From the NCBI GenBank assembly GCA_020891255.1, contig BQFW01000002.1, positions 1,922,001 to 1,986,000 of the forward strand: a stretch of DNA of 64,000 nucleotides. Direction: 5' to 3'. The position numbers and the translations under genes are program-made. Below are positions 26,898 to 38,166 of this stretch, in pieces. This stretch comes from Entomortierella parvispora E1425 (Eukaryota > Fungi > Mortierellomycota). The stretch's first letter is position 1. Every line of letters starts with the position of its first letter. The notes beneath the pieces are model-generated. The model saw only the letters and a list, made by a program, of their open reading frames with translations, was not told the origin of the DNA and made no database searches.

Positions 26898-28388
26898 ATG
26901 GCTCCTGTCATCTCAAAGATCTACATTTACCCCATCAAGTCCTGTAAGGCTCTCGAAATCTCCGAGTCGCAACTCTCCAAGTGTAACGATACAACTTCAC
27001 TTGGTTGAATTCTTTTCAGGCAAAAGTGGCCGTCAAGATCTATTTCATCCCTACTAACTGTCTTTATATCATGCAACACCACCACCGCACCTGTAATCAA
27101 CGTCAACCAGATGGTCTTGCAGTAAGTCGCTCGGTTATTCTTCCACCTAAATGCTTATTTTTTTTTTTCATATCCGTGGGTTGACAAGAAAACTAACTAC
27201 ACCTTACCCACACCCCATGTCATTAGTACGATCGTGTCTTTTTGGTCATTGACCCAGAGACCAACAAGTTAAGAACCATGCGCGAGCTGCCTCTGGTAAG
27301 GGATGTTTCCGCACAAGACAGTGCTTTTTTTTTACGCCCATGCTTCATGTTGCGCCCCGCCGCTTTTTTTTTTTCGGAGGAAACATTGACGACCCCCTTT
27401 AGAAATGCTCACCGTGACATGTTTGTTTTTCTTTGCTTCATTTTCTTCCCACAGATGACCCTGATTGATCAGCAAATTGTGGGAGACGAGTTGGTGATCA
27501 AGGCTGGTGAAAAAACACTCAAGGTCCCTCTTGAGCCCGAGTAAGAAAAATCTACGAACATCTCAGTTTACCGAGAAATGTGCCACTAACATGACTTGCT
27601 ACTCTAGTCACTCCAAATATGAACCCCGTGGAGTCACCGTCTGGAAGGAGCATCTCGAGGCGGCCGATATGGGAGACGAGTCGGCACAATTCTTTACCAA
27701 CTACCTTGGCGTTCCTTGCCGCTTCGTCCACAAGTCTCCAGACCATATCCGCCCCGTCATTGAACATGCTCCCGGTGTCTCCGAGATTGGTTTCACGCCA
27801 CAGGTACCTTGTCCTGTCGAAAAAAAGATACCGCCCCTTCCTGTTACGCCCTTTGGTGAAATACTGATGACTCAACCCCTCCCTTACCCACTTTTCTCCA
27901 CACTTTTTTCGATTTTCTAGACTGCCTTTGCTGACAATTACCCCATCCTGGCGCTGTCAGAGGAGTCTGTCCAGGACATCAATACGAAATTGGAGGAGCC
28001 TGTCTCCATTGTTCGTTTCCGCCCCAACCTTGTCATCTCAGGTGTTACCGCGCCATTTGAGGAAGATACCTGGTGCACAGTCGACATTAACGGAGTGACC
28101 TACTACTTCACTTGCCGCTGCACTCGCTGTGACATGCCCAACGTCGATCCAGAGACTGGTATCAAGGACAAGCTCCAGCCCCAAAAGACATTGCAGAGCA
28201 TTCGTCGTGTTGACAAGGGCAAGAAGGCAAAGTTCTATGCCTGTGTCGGAATCAACGTGGTTCCCAACTCCCTGACTGGCGTGATTCGTGTTGGCGATGT
28301 TTTGCACGTCAAGGAAGTCTTCCAAGGCGAGCGTATGCGAACGGGTGCTGCGGGATGGTCCACCAAGGCCGTTGAAGTTGGCGCGTAA
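26898..28388 (+). CDS. MOSC-domain (mARC-like) molybdenum cofactor protein, multi-exon
   Basis: MAPVISKIYIYPIKSC, YDRVFLVID, AFADNYPIL, RFRPNLVI, CTRCDMPNVDPETG. Confidence 0.9.
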
Positions 28389-28859
28389 AATCTTTGTCAG
28401 TGGTAGGCGAGACTATGTTCATCCAATAAAATGAGTTCAAATTGTTTTTATACGTGTTTTTTTTTGGGGGGGGGGAACTTGCTTGGCACGTAAAATGATC
28501 TCAGGAGCGGTTATCAATTGGGAATATGTTGAAGAATAATATCAGTGTCCTCCATGCACAGTAGGACACAATCAACGTGGACGTATTGGCTTCCTCGGTA
28601 AACGATCCAAATCGCGACGCAAGCCGAAAGGGTTTTGTGGGGTAGGTCCTACAAGGTGAACGCCGCCAACAATGCCTTTTTCCCACCAGCAACGCGGCAG
28701 TGCCTCTTTTCCCACCAGCAGTGCCATTTTTACCACCAGGCATCAATGGGTGCACGTCAAATGAAGAAGCCACCTTTGTTTCCCTCCGTTTCTCTTTTTT
28801 CGCTCACGTCTTTTCACAAACACTATTTTTTGCATTTCCAAACCTTCACCCCTTTGAAC

Positions 28860-31046
28860 ATGACTCAACGACAAATGGATCCACTGGACCTGCCAGCACA
28901 GCGGGTTGTACTCGGAACCACAGAACTTGTCGAGCTCATATCACTTCAGTTGACTCTGGCCGATCTCTCCAAGTGCCTCCAAGTCGACCGCCGTTGGAAC
29001 AATGTCTTTGCTCCCCTATTGTGGCACACCGTTGACGACAAGAAGCTGTTGAAATTCGATCAGAACGCTCCGAGGGCTGAAAGAACCAAAATCGTGGATG
29101 AGATCAGGACGAGATTCAAAAAGCATGGTCATCATATCCGCGTCCTTCAGGCACACTGGGACATTGTCATCGAAGCTGCATCCGTTTCCTGCAACCACCT
29201 CATAGCGCTCCACCTCATGCCGCGTTTCAATTGTAAACTCAACAAGCCAGACACCTGGGCTGCTCATCTTGGGGCATCCAAGGCGGCGGAGACCGCGAGG
29301 GCTAGGGCAGCCATGGACAAAGCCAAGGAGGAAGCAAGACGGGCGGCTGGTATAGAGGCGTACTGCGTCTCTAGGATTGCCGCAGCAACTACCCCAGAGG
29401 AGGCTGAAAGATTCTCGGCCCTCTTCTCAGATGAAGAAAGTCGCACTCAAGCAATGGCCTCGTTTGAGCATCGTTTCCAACTGCGCACCTTTCTGTCCAC
29501 CTTCACGTTTGATGACCAAAAAAACAAGGAAGCACCTGTGATCCGAGAGATCAGAAAACTCCCTGGCGATCTGGGCGTTCAAAATATCGACAATAACATG
29601 GAACGACTGGAATTGGATTGGATGTTGCTCCAAGACTGTTGGCGACTCATTGCCGTCAACCTGGGACTTCAAGTATTGAAATTGGAGCGGATGCCTGCCT
29701 TTCAGGAGAAAGAAGCTTCGAGAGAGTTTGTGCATGATGTTCTAGCGGGACTGAAGGATCTGCGAGAGCTCTCCGTGCCACCTTCCTTGATGGATTCTGT
29801 CGATTTTTGGAGCATCAACACGTTTGCCCCCAGGCTTGAGTCGCTCACGGTCCGTGCAGATTGCTTCGGACCATTGTCCAGCAGCGGTCCTCAGCAGGAA
29901 GGCACGATCTCCTCATCAGAAAAGACCGTCAGGGGGCTAAAGTCCTTGCAATTAAGCGTTGATGGCCCGAATGAAGTCGGAATAGACTTTCGGAAACAGA
30001 TAGAACTCACTACCATCCAACTGCTTCTCAAGCGACTTCCAGACCTCGAAAGCCTCTCGTTGAAAGGCGGAGTCGATAAAGCCTTGACGAACACCCCCGA
30101 TGCCTCTTTAGAGCAGACGCCCTCGACCCCTCAACATCACAACACAAGTGGTCTCCAAAAGCTTTATTTCCCAGGATCACCCAGTCAAATCGTCTCCCTC
30201 CTGCCACTCCTCCCGAACCTTGTTGAGCTTCAGATCAAGAACATGACAAAGGAGATCGTCGCAGCGCTTGTCAAACACTGCAAGAAAATCGAAGCCATTT
30301 CATACGCCAATGATCCATGGTTCATCGAGGACGCGAGCATGGGACGGGCGCCCTCTGCTGGCATCAGCAATCTACTCGTCCATTTGCCTGCTCTCAAGTC
30401 GTTGAACATGATCGAACAGTACCTTCATGTAAACGACTTGGAGCAAAAGCCCTGGGCATGTCTGGGTCTTGAAAACTTCAGGTGCAGGATCGTCGGAATA
30501 GAGCGGCTCAGCGGGCCCCAGCAAGAAGCATACAATCGGATCACCTCGCCAGGATACTCTGTTGATCTGACCGAAGACGAGTTGGAAGTGCTGGAGCAAT
30601 TCAACAGATGCCAAAGACAACAGAGATGTGTGTACGACCGGCTAGCCAGTCTCACAAAGTTGAAGGTGCTGGATCTCGGGTATGAATGGCGATACCCGTG
30701 GACACACAGGAATGGTGAGAGTTATGTAGTCGACGGAGAAGAATACTTGTGGTATGAGGATCCCATTCCTGACACCATGGAGTTCTCGCTGGCTTCTGGG
30801 CTCGACCGTTTGTCAGCACTGAAGGACTTGGAGATGTTTGGCTTTGAGGGGAACGACCATAGAATCGGAGAGAAGGAGCTGGATTGGATGGCAGAAAAGT
30901 GGCCAAAGCTGAAGCTGATGTATGGATTGGCTGAAGACAAATTGATGTCTATTGAATATGACCTTAAGAAGGCAGCACTGAGGAAGTACATGCAGCGTTT
31001 AAAGCCAGAAGTGGTGCATGACAGTCTTTTTTTAAATGACATCTAG
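28860..31046 (+). CDS. F-box/LRR-like protein, copy 1
   Basis: Start MTQRQMDP at 28860; F-box-like ELVELISLQLTLADLSKCLQVDRRWNNVFAPLLW; LRR-like repeats; C-terminal LDRLSALKDLEMFGFEG..HRIGEKELDWM...WPKL. Confidence 0.85.
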   Translation: MTQRQMDPLDLPAQRVVLGTTELVELISLQLTLADLSKCLQVDRRWNNVFAPLLWHTVDDKKLLKFDQNAPRAERTKIVDEIRTRFKKHGHHIRVLQAHWDIVIEAASVSCNHLIALHLMPRFNCKLNKPDTWAAHLGASKAAETARARAAMDKAKEEARRAAGIEAYCVSRIAAATTPEEAERFSALFSDEESRTQAMASFEHRFQLRTFLSTFTFDDQKNKEAPVIREIRKLPGDLGVQNIDNNMERLELDWMLLQDCWRLIAVNLGLQVLKLERMPAFQEKEASREFVHDVLAGLKDLRELSVPPSLMDSVDFWSINTFAPRLESLTVRADCFGPLSSSGPQQEGTISSSEKTVRGLKSLQLSVDGPNEVGIDFRKQIELTTIQLLLKRLPDLESLSLKGGVDKALTNTPDASLEQTPSTPQHHNTSGLQKLYFPGSPSQIVSLLPLLPNLVELQIKNMTKEIVAALVKHCKKIEAISYANDPWFIEDASMGRAPSAGISNLLVHLPALKSLNMIEQYLHVNDLEQKPWACLGLENFRCRIVGIERLSGPQQEAYNRITSPGYSVDLTEDELEVLEQFNRCQRQQRCVYDRLASLTKLKVLDLGYEWRYPWTHRNGESYVVDGEEYLWYEDPIPDTMEFSLASGLDRLSALKDLEMFGFEGNDHRIGEKELDWMAEKWPKLKLMYGLAEDKLMSIEYDLKKAALRKYMQRLKPEVVHDSLFLNDI

Positions 31047-31403
31047 TCCTCGGAGCCGAAATAAAGAACAAAAGACAACATCCTTCAACCTGTTCCGATC
31101 TTCCCACAGAGATCCGATCCGTACAAGCCCCTAATACCTCATTTCATGAGAAAGTTTGTGTGCGTGGACGAGAGATGGCCAAAGTTGCTCCATGAATATA
31201 CTCAAAGTCGGAGATAGATGTCAAATATGGCAATTGCAGGTCAAGTGAGGTGAAGAGAGCTGTGCTTCTGCTGGAGACAGTCATCAGCTCTGTTTGTTTT
31301 GCCACCGTTGTCCATGAGCCCATGTTTACAGATAAAGGCCTTTCCTCTCTTTGCCTCTTTATTCTCTTCCCAACCTCCCTTTCTCCACCTTTACCCGGCG
31401 ACA

Positions 31404-33362
31404 ATGAACCCACGGAACCTGTCAGCTCAGCAGGATGTGCTCGAAACTCCGGAACTCGTCGAGCTGCTTTCAGTCCACTTGAGTCTGGTGAATCTCGCCA
31501 CTTGTGTCCAGGTTAACCGCCACTGGAACGACGTCTTTGCTCCCCTACTGTGACACACCATGAATTTCGATCGGAACGCTCCGAGGCTCTACGAAATCAT
31601 GGATGAGATCAGGACGAGATTCAAAAGTATAGTCATCATATCCGCGTCCTTCATGCACAATGGGATATTGTCATCGAAGCCGTATCCTTCTCCTGTACCC
31701 GCCTGAAATCTCTTCACCTCGAGCTGAACGATTACTGTAAAATCGATGAACCTGGGCTGCCTATCCAGGAGCAACCAAGGCGGCCGAGGCGGCTATGGCC
31801 CTCATTGCCATTAACAAAGCTAGGGAGGAGGCAAGACGGGCAGCAGGTATTGGGGTGTACTATGCCTTTATCGCTGCTGCCGCTACCTCTGAGGAGGCTC
31901 AACTCTCGTTTCCACCGAAGGAGGTCGCACTCAATCACTAGCGGTTGAGGGGCATGGTTGGCAACTTGCATGTTTTCTGAACACCTTCACTGTCGATGAG
32001 CAAGAAAAAAGGCAGCACCTGTGGCCCGAGAGATTAAGCAGCTTCCTGGAGATTTGGGTGTCCTCTATATCCACAGGACCAAGATGCGGTTAGAACTGGA
32101 CTGGATAACACTGGGGACTGCTGACGACTCATATCTGCCAACCGTGGCCTCCAGAAACTACGGTTAGAACAAATGCCCGTCTTTCAAGAGAGGGAAGCCT
32201 CAAGAAGATTTGTGCACGCTGTTCTTACGGGATTGAAGGATCTGAAGGAGCTCGTTCTGCCGCCTTCGTTGATAGATCATGTTGATTTCTGGAGCTTGGA
32301 TGAGTTTGTACCCAAGATCTAGTCGCTTGGAGTGCGTAACGATTGCTGGTCTATGCTCGACAATGGTCCTCAGCAACGAGGCACGCTCTCCTTTCCGGAA
32401 AAGACCATCACAGGGCTAAAGTCAATTAGCCTACAAGTTTATGGTATGACTGAAGCGTGGTTAGACCAGTTGAAAGAGATCAAACTCACCAGCATCCAAC
32501 TGCACCTTGGGCGACTCCCAGGTCTCGAAACCCTTTTGGTACTTTGCAAAACTGTGGACGATTTGGAAAGCACCACTGGTATCTCTCTGGGACTGGTGCC
32601 TTCGACCCTTCAGCCTCACAAAACGTTTGCTCTTAGAAAGCTTCAGTTTCGACATTGTCCCGCGCCCCGTCCGCCTCAAATTTGGGAGCTCAATGGGTGG
32701 AAGACCTCGGGTCAGCCAGCCTCTCTCCTGTCACATCTCCCCAACCTCACGGAGCTTGAGATTTCTAGGATCCCCGAAGAAACCAGTCGATGCCCTCGTC
32801 GCTCACTGCAGGAAGTCGAAATCATCTCGCCAGCGATGAATCCGTGGTTCATTGACGACCTATTTATGAGACGGTCGCCCTCCGCCAGGATCAACAATCT
32901 ACCCGTCCATTTGCCTGCTCTCAGGATCTTGGACATGATCGAGAAGTATATTCTCGTGGACGAATTGGTGCAGGTGCCTTGGGATCGTTGGCTTGGGACG
33001 TCTGAGTTTGGATCTCGGTACGAATGGCGATACCCGTGGACATAAAAAAGAGATTCCTGGTGTGAAATCGGTAATAGAATACTTGAGATACGAGGATCCC
33101 ACTCCTGACAACCATGGAGCTCTCGCTGGCTTCTGGGCTCGACCGTTTATCGGCACTGAAAGACTTGGAGATATTTGGCTTTGAGGGGAACGACCATAGA
33201 ATCGGAGAGAGAGAGCTGGATTGGATGGCACAGAAGTGGCCAAAGCTGAAGCTGACGTGTGGATTGGCTGAAGACAAATTGATGTCTATTGAATATGACC
33301 ATAAGATAGCAGAATTGAGGCCAGAAGTAGTACACGATTGTTTATTTGAAGGTCGCATCTAG
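31404..33362 (+). pseudogene. F-box/LRR-like pseudogene, copy 2
   Basis: Same N- and C-terminal motifs as copies 1 and 3. TGA at 31551-31553 replaces the conserved W of APLLW, followed by further stops, frameshifts and a deletion before LDLGYEWRYPWT. Confidence 0.85.
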
Positions 33363-33845
33363 ACCCAATTCTCGGGCGATTTCAATAAAACTCATCAACC
33401 CTAAACCCCTACATCATGCCAAAAGCAATCCCTCTCGAAAATCATCAATATTCCTTTGATAACAAGTCCGCGCTTGTGTGTGCGCATGTAGCATTGGATC
33501 GAACGTCCTTATCAGCGTTCGCTACGTCGGCGATGCAAGTAAAGACGCCTTCCTGTCAGCGAACGATGATCGAGGTCGGCGCGTATGAACAGACAGCATG
33601 TACTAAAAGGCGTACAATGAAGTACCGTCTATGAAGTACCGTACGAGGGGCTGACAACAGCCATGTTGAACCTCTGGCGCTGTATTAATAGATCACGATC
33701 ACCGCTCTTTTTTTTTTGCCACCATCCTCCCAAAAGCCCTGTAAATAGCTCTCTCTCTCTCTCTCTCTCTCATCTTTTTCAAACACCTTTTCCTCTTTTA
33801 CCTTTCTCCTCTCCCTCGATCGTCGCCCAACGTTACCAAACAACG

Positions 33846-36017
33846 ATGAATTTGCAGAACCTACCTGCTCAGCAAGTTGTGCTCGAAACGCAAGAACTCG
33901 TCGAGCTCCTATCACTGCACTTGACCCCAGCGGATCTCTCCAATTGTGTCCAAGCCAACCGCCGTTGGAACGAAATTTTTATTCCTATATTGTGGCACAC
34001 CATTGACGATGAGAAGCTGTTGGATGAGACGGCTCTGGAGGCTCTGGAGGCTGAAAGGAACGAAATCATGGACGAGATCAGGACGAGATTCCAAAAATAT
34101 GGCCATCATATCCGTGTTCTTCGCGCACAATGGGATATCGTCATCGAGGCAGCATCCTTCTCCTGCACCCGCTTGAAATCACTTCACCTCAAGCCGAGCG
34201 AGTACTGTAAAATCGACGAACCAGAGACATGGGCTGCCTACCCAGAAGCAGCTGAGGCAGCAGAAGTGGCTAGGGCTTTGGTGGACACGAACAACGCCAG
34301 AGAAAAGGCAAGACGGGCAGCTGGCTCTGAGGCCTATGGCGCTGCCAGAATCGCTGGCGCTGTGACCCCTGAGGAGGCAGAGAGACTCTCGTCCCTTTTT
34401 TCAAACGAGGAAAGTCGCACTCGAACACTGTCCAGGTTTGAACATTGTTTCCGATTCATGGGCTTTCTGTCGAACTTCAGTGTCGGAGAACCAGAGAGCA
34501 AGGCAGCACCTGTGGCCCGAGAGATCAAGCAACTTCCTCGAGATTTGGGCATTCTTTCTGCCGACCGCACTTCAGTTATGGGTTGCTTTCCTCGCGACTA
34601 CACTACGACGCGATTGGAACTGGATTGGCTGTTACTCCAGGATTGTTGGCGTCTCATTGCCGCCAATCTTGGACTCCAGAAACTACGGATAGAACGAGTG
34701 CCTGTCTTTCGAGAGAGGGAAGCTTCAAGAAAATATGTGCACGGCGTTCTTGGGGAACTGAAGGATCTAAAGGAGCTCTACATGCCGTCGCACCTGATGG
34801 ATTCTGTAGACTTCTGGAGCATCAACGAGTTTGCGCCCAATGTTGAGTCTCTTGAAGTCCGTAGCGACTGCATCAAGTCAATCTTCAACAGCGATCCTCA
34901 TCAGCAAGACTTGCCAAGAAACACCGTCAGAGGGCTAAAGACGCTCACTCTGGACCTTGAGTATCAGATGGAACTCTTCCCTGGTGTCCCCTTCTTTCTC
35001 GAACGGCTCCCAGATCTCCAATCCTTCAAATTGCACTGCCGACACGTTGGCCACAGGATAAACATCACCGATACCTCTTTGGAGCACACACTCCCAAGTC
35101 AGCAGAGGCAGCAAGCAATTGGTCTCAAAAAGCTTCATTTCATCGGAGCTGCCAGTCACCTGGCCTCTCTTCTGCCTCACCTTCCTAATCTCAGAGAGAT
35201 CGAGGTCGAGGAAATGACACAGGAGACTGTTCTTGCTTTGACTAAGCATTGCCAGAAAATTGAGGTCGTCTCGCAACCCTACGACCCATGGTTTATCGAG
35301 GACGTGCACGCGGAACGAATCCCTTGTGTCGGCCTCAATGATCTACTCATTCATTTGCCCACCCTCAAGACGTTGAATACGATTGAAAAGTACATTCATG
35401 TGGACGATTTAATACGTATGCCTTGGGCCTGCCTGGGTCTCGAAAAATTCCGCTGTCGGATCGTTGGATTGGAGCGCCTCACGGAGTCCCAGGAAGAAGT
35501 CTACAGTCGGATTTCGGCGCCAGGATACTCTGTTGACCTGACCGAGGAAGAGTCGGCAGTGTTGCAGCAATTCCACCGATGCCGAGAGCAACAGGGTCAG
35601 GTGTACGATCAATTGGCCAGTCTAACAAAGCTGAAGGTGCTGGATCTCGGCTACGAATGGCGATACCCTTGGACTTACAAGAGCGATCCCAGTTACGAGG
35701 TGAACGGAAAGAAATACCTCATGTATGAGGAGCCCATTCCCGATACCATGGAGTTCTCGCTGGATTCTGGGCTGGATCGTCTATCGGCACTGAAGGACTT
35801 GGAGATGTTTGGCTTTGAAGGGAACAACCACAGGATCGGTGAGAAAGAGCTTGAGTGGATGGTGAAGAGGTGGCCCAGACTGAAGCTGATGTATGGATTG
35901 GCTGAGGACATATTGGAGTCTATTGAGTATGATCAAAAGAAGGCAGCACTGAGGGAGTACATGCAGCGATTGAAGCCAGGGGTAGTCCACGACAGTCTGT
36001 TTGTAAACAATATCTAA
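33846..36017 (+). CDS. F-box/LRR-like protein, copy 3
   Basis: Start MNLQNLP at 33846; colinear with copy 1 over its whole length, e.g. PWACLGLEKFRCRIVG and LDLGYEWRYPWT. Confidence 0.85.
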   Translation: MNLQNLPAQQVVLETQELVELLSLHLTPADLSNCVQANRRWNEIFIPILWHTIDDEKLLDETALEALEAERNEIMDEIRTRFQKYGHHIRVLRAQWDIVIEAASFSCTRLKSLHLKPSEYCKIDEPETWAAYPEAAEAAEVARALVDTNNAREKARRAAGSEAYGAARIAGAVTPEEAERLSSLFSNEESRTRTLSRFEHCFRFMGFLSNFSVGEPESKAAPVAREIKQLPRDLGILSADRTSVMGCFPRDYTTTRLELDWLLLQDCWRLIAANLGLQKLRIERVPVFREREASRKYVHGVLGELKDLKELYMPSHLMDSVDFWSINEFAPNVESLEVRSDCIKSIFNSDPHQQDLPRNTVRGLKTLTLDLEYQMELFPGVPFFLERLPDLQSFKLHCRHVGHRINITDTSLEHTLPSQQRQQAIGLKKLHFIGAASHLASLLPHLPNLREIEVEEMTQETVLALTKHCQKIEVVSQPYDPWFIEDVHAERIPCVGLNDLLIHLPTLKTLNTIEKYIHVDDLIRMPWACLGLEKFRCRIVGLERLTESQEEVYSRISAPGYSVDLTEEESAVLQQFHRCREQQGQVYDQLASLTKLKVLDLGYEWRYPWTYKSDPSYEVNGKKYLMYEEPIPDTMEFSLDSGLDRLSALKDLEMFGFEGNNHRIGEKELEWMVKRWPRLKLMYGLAEDILESIEYDQKKAALREYMQRLKPGVVHDSLFVNNI

Positions 36018-36493
36018 AACTCGCTTCTCCCAGACCCAGAAATAAAGATGCAGCAATACACACTTCCCCTCGTCCTGAATCGTGAGGCACGTCCAAAAAA
36101 AAAAAAAAAAAAAAAAAAAAGAAAGGTCCGTAGACGAGTGCTTTTCCCCTCTCGCGGATCATCCAGTGCCCTGTTGTTTTCACCCTTTTGTCCATTTAAA
36201 CAAGGCACTCATGATCATGCGTGCTGCATGTGTGAGCAACATGAGGTAAGGACAAAACACAGTACAGTACTGATAAAAGCAGAGCGATTTTTGAAAAAGG
36301 ACCTCCGCCGATTCGTGCAGGGTCCAAACGTCGCCAGGTGGAGGTTAGCACAGACTAAGCGCCAGCTCTTGACAAAAAAACTCCTCCGATGAGCGGGCCC
36401 GGCCGGTGTATCAGTTTAGTGTGCGATGCTCTTTGAAAATGTTGGCAAAGTTCAGCTTCCATGGAAATGGCAGAGTAAACGCCGCAAAAGTCG

Positions 36494-37342
36494 ATGGTGA
36501 AAGGCAAAGCAAACAACGCAGCTCAAGCAACCTCAGAGAACCCAGGAGAAAAATATATAAATGAACTTGTCGTTCAAGAAGAGCATCCTCCCAAAAAAAA
36601 ATTGTCACAACCCTCCTCTCCATTTCAACGTAAGTCCACTTTTTTTTTTTTTACAATGCCCCAATAATTGGAAACTACAGGCGCTGGATTCACTTCACAA
36701 AAACTTATCCAGTTTTATCCTGTTGGCCCACACAGAATGTGCAAACGCGGGAAAGAATAATGCCTCGTCGGTGACAAAAATTTCCTCGAGCTCCAAGTGG
36801 AGGCAAGCCTACGTGACAAATATCGCGTATCCTTCAAATTCACAAACACCACAGCAAATGCACAGCGCATCACCTTCAGGTACCAAACAGGACCAACCAC
36901 CTCCCACCTCCGTGAATTGAAGGAAATCGGCCTGGCATTCCATGGGAGTCGCACCTTCGACGAGCGGCTGAGCAAAGAAGAATTTTTTTCATTCCTCGGA
37001 AGTAACTTTCACTGCCAGTGCGAGGTGATTGAAAAAGACCCCAAAGTGACGCGGGCAAAGGTGGAAGCCAACAAAAGGTATCAGGAGATGGAGAAATCGT
37101 ACGCTAGGGCAGAGGCGAGGGCAAAGGCCGAAGGCATTGACCCTTGGATCGACCACAAAATTACAGAGTCCAACCGAAGGGATCTCGGTATCGTAGAATG
37201 TAACTTGGGGTGCCATACGGTGGGCTGTGTTTACGCCGCAATTTACGCTGAGGAACGCAAGGCTTCCAAAAAAAATGGATCCCAGGTCAGCAAAAAAAAG
37301 ACCAGAGGTGAACCCCCTGAGTGGTACAAAGGACCAGTTTGA
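36494..37342 (+). CDS. Hypothetical protein or pseudogene of unknown family
   Basis: Exon MVKGKANN...SSPFQ followed by a GTAAGT..CAG intron and a protein-like ORF at 36797-37342. The simplest splice hits a stop, so the model is unresolved. Confidence 0.3.
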
Positions 37343-38166
37343 GGAATGAGATATCATTGGACCATAACTTTTCTCACTCGCTCTCCGCTTCAACCCTTTT
37401 TATGAGATAGTCTGCGATAAGGTGATTTTGGACGATCCTTTCATGAATAAAGGCCGAGGATTTTTTTGCTCTTGGAGCTTCTGGTATGTAATATGTGGTC
37501 AGGGAATTAAATCGAAGGACTGGCAGAAAGACCCCAGAATTCTACAGAAAAGAATTTGAAGTTTCTCTTTTTTTTTGCTTCATGTTTTCCCAAGACCACC
37601 ACACCTTTGGCAGGCTTCTAGAACTGGTGTCCTAGGTCAAACTCAAGAGTTTGAAAAGTAAAGATAAAGCTTACCCCATAGACCGACTCCGAAATCGCAC
37701 TCAACGACTGGTCACTGACTGTGCAACGGCTGCCACTGCTACTGCCACTGCTACTGCCACTGTTGCCATTTAGCAAGGCTCCAGAGTATCGGTAGAAACT
37801 GTGAGGATGTGTGATCCACGTACTTTAGATTGGGACGTGCCAGATATGGACACACCAGGCCGTAGAATCATTCTCCTCAAAGCTAGAACGTGCTGAACTT
37901 GTCTGGGAGCTGGTACCTGTCCTGGATAACCGTTGTACTTCGTATTTTTGTCGCTGCGAAAGCATTGTTTGGTCACCCCTGAAAAATTTCTGTGGCAAAG
38001 CAATCAAGCCGCTTCGCCTTTGGCGAGGGAGGAGAAAAACAACCACTTTTCCATTCTTACCGTCTTTCTCACCTATGCTCATGCTGATGCCAAGCCTTTC
38101 CTTCCTGAACACTAGTATTACTAATCGACCCTTCACTACTGGCGATACAACCATCCAAATACATCA

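Noticed and set aside
28635-28859. N-terminal extensions of F-box ORFs (also 33663-33845) and the TTG start at 38384
   Set aside because: Non-ATG or upstream starts. Paralogue alignment places starts at 28860 and 33846; 38384 lies inside an intron.
37730-37765. 12-bp x3 repeat CTGCCACTGCTA (and the ATGAAGTACCGT pair at 33617-33642)
   Set aside because: Too short and isolated; consistent with slippage duplications.
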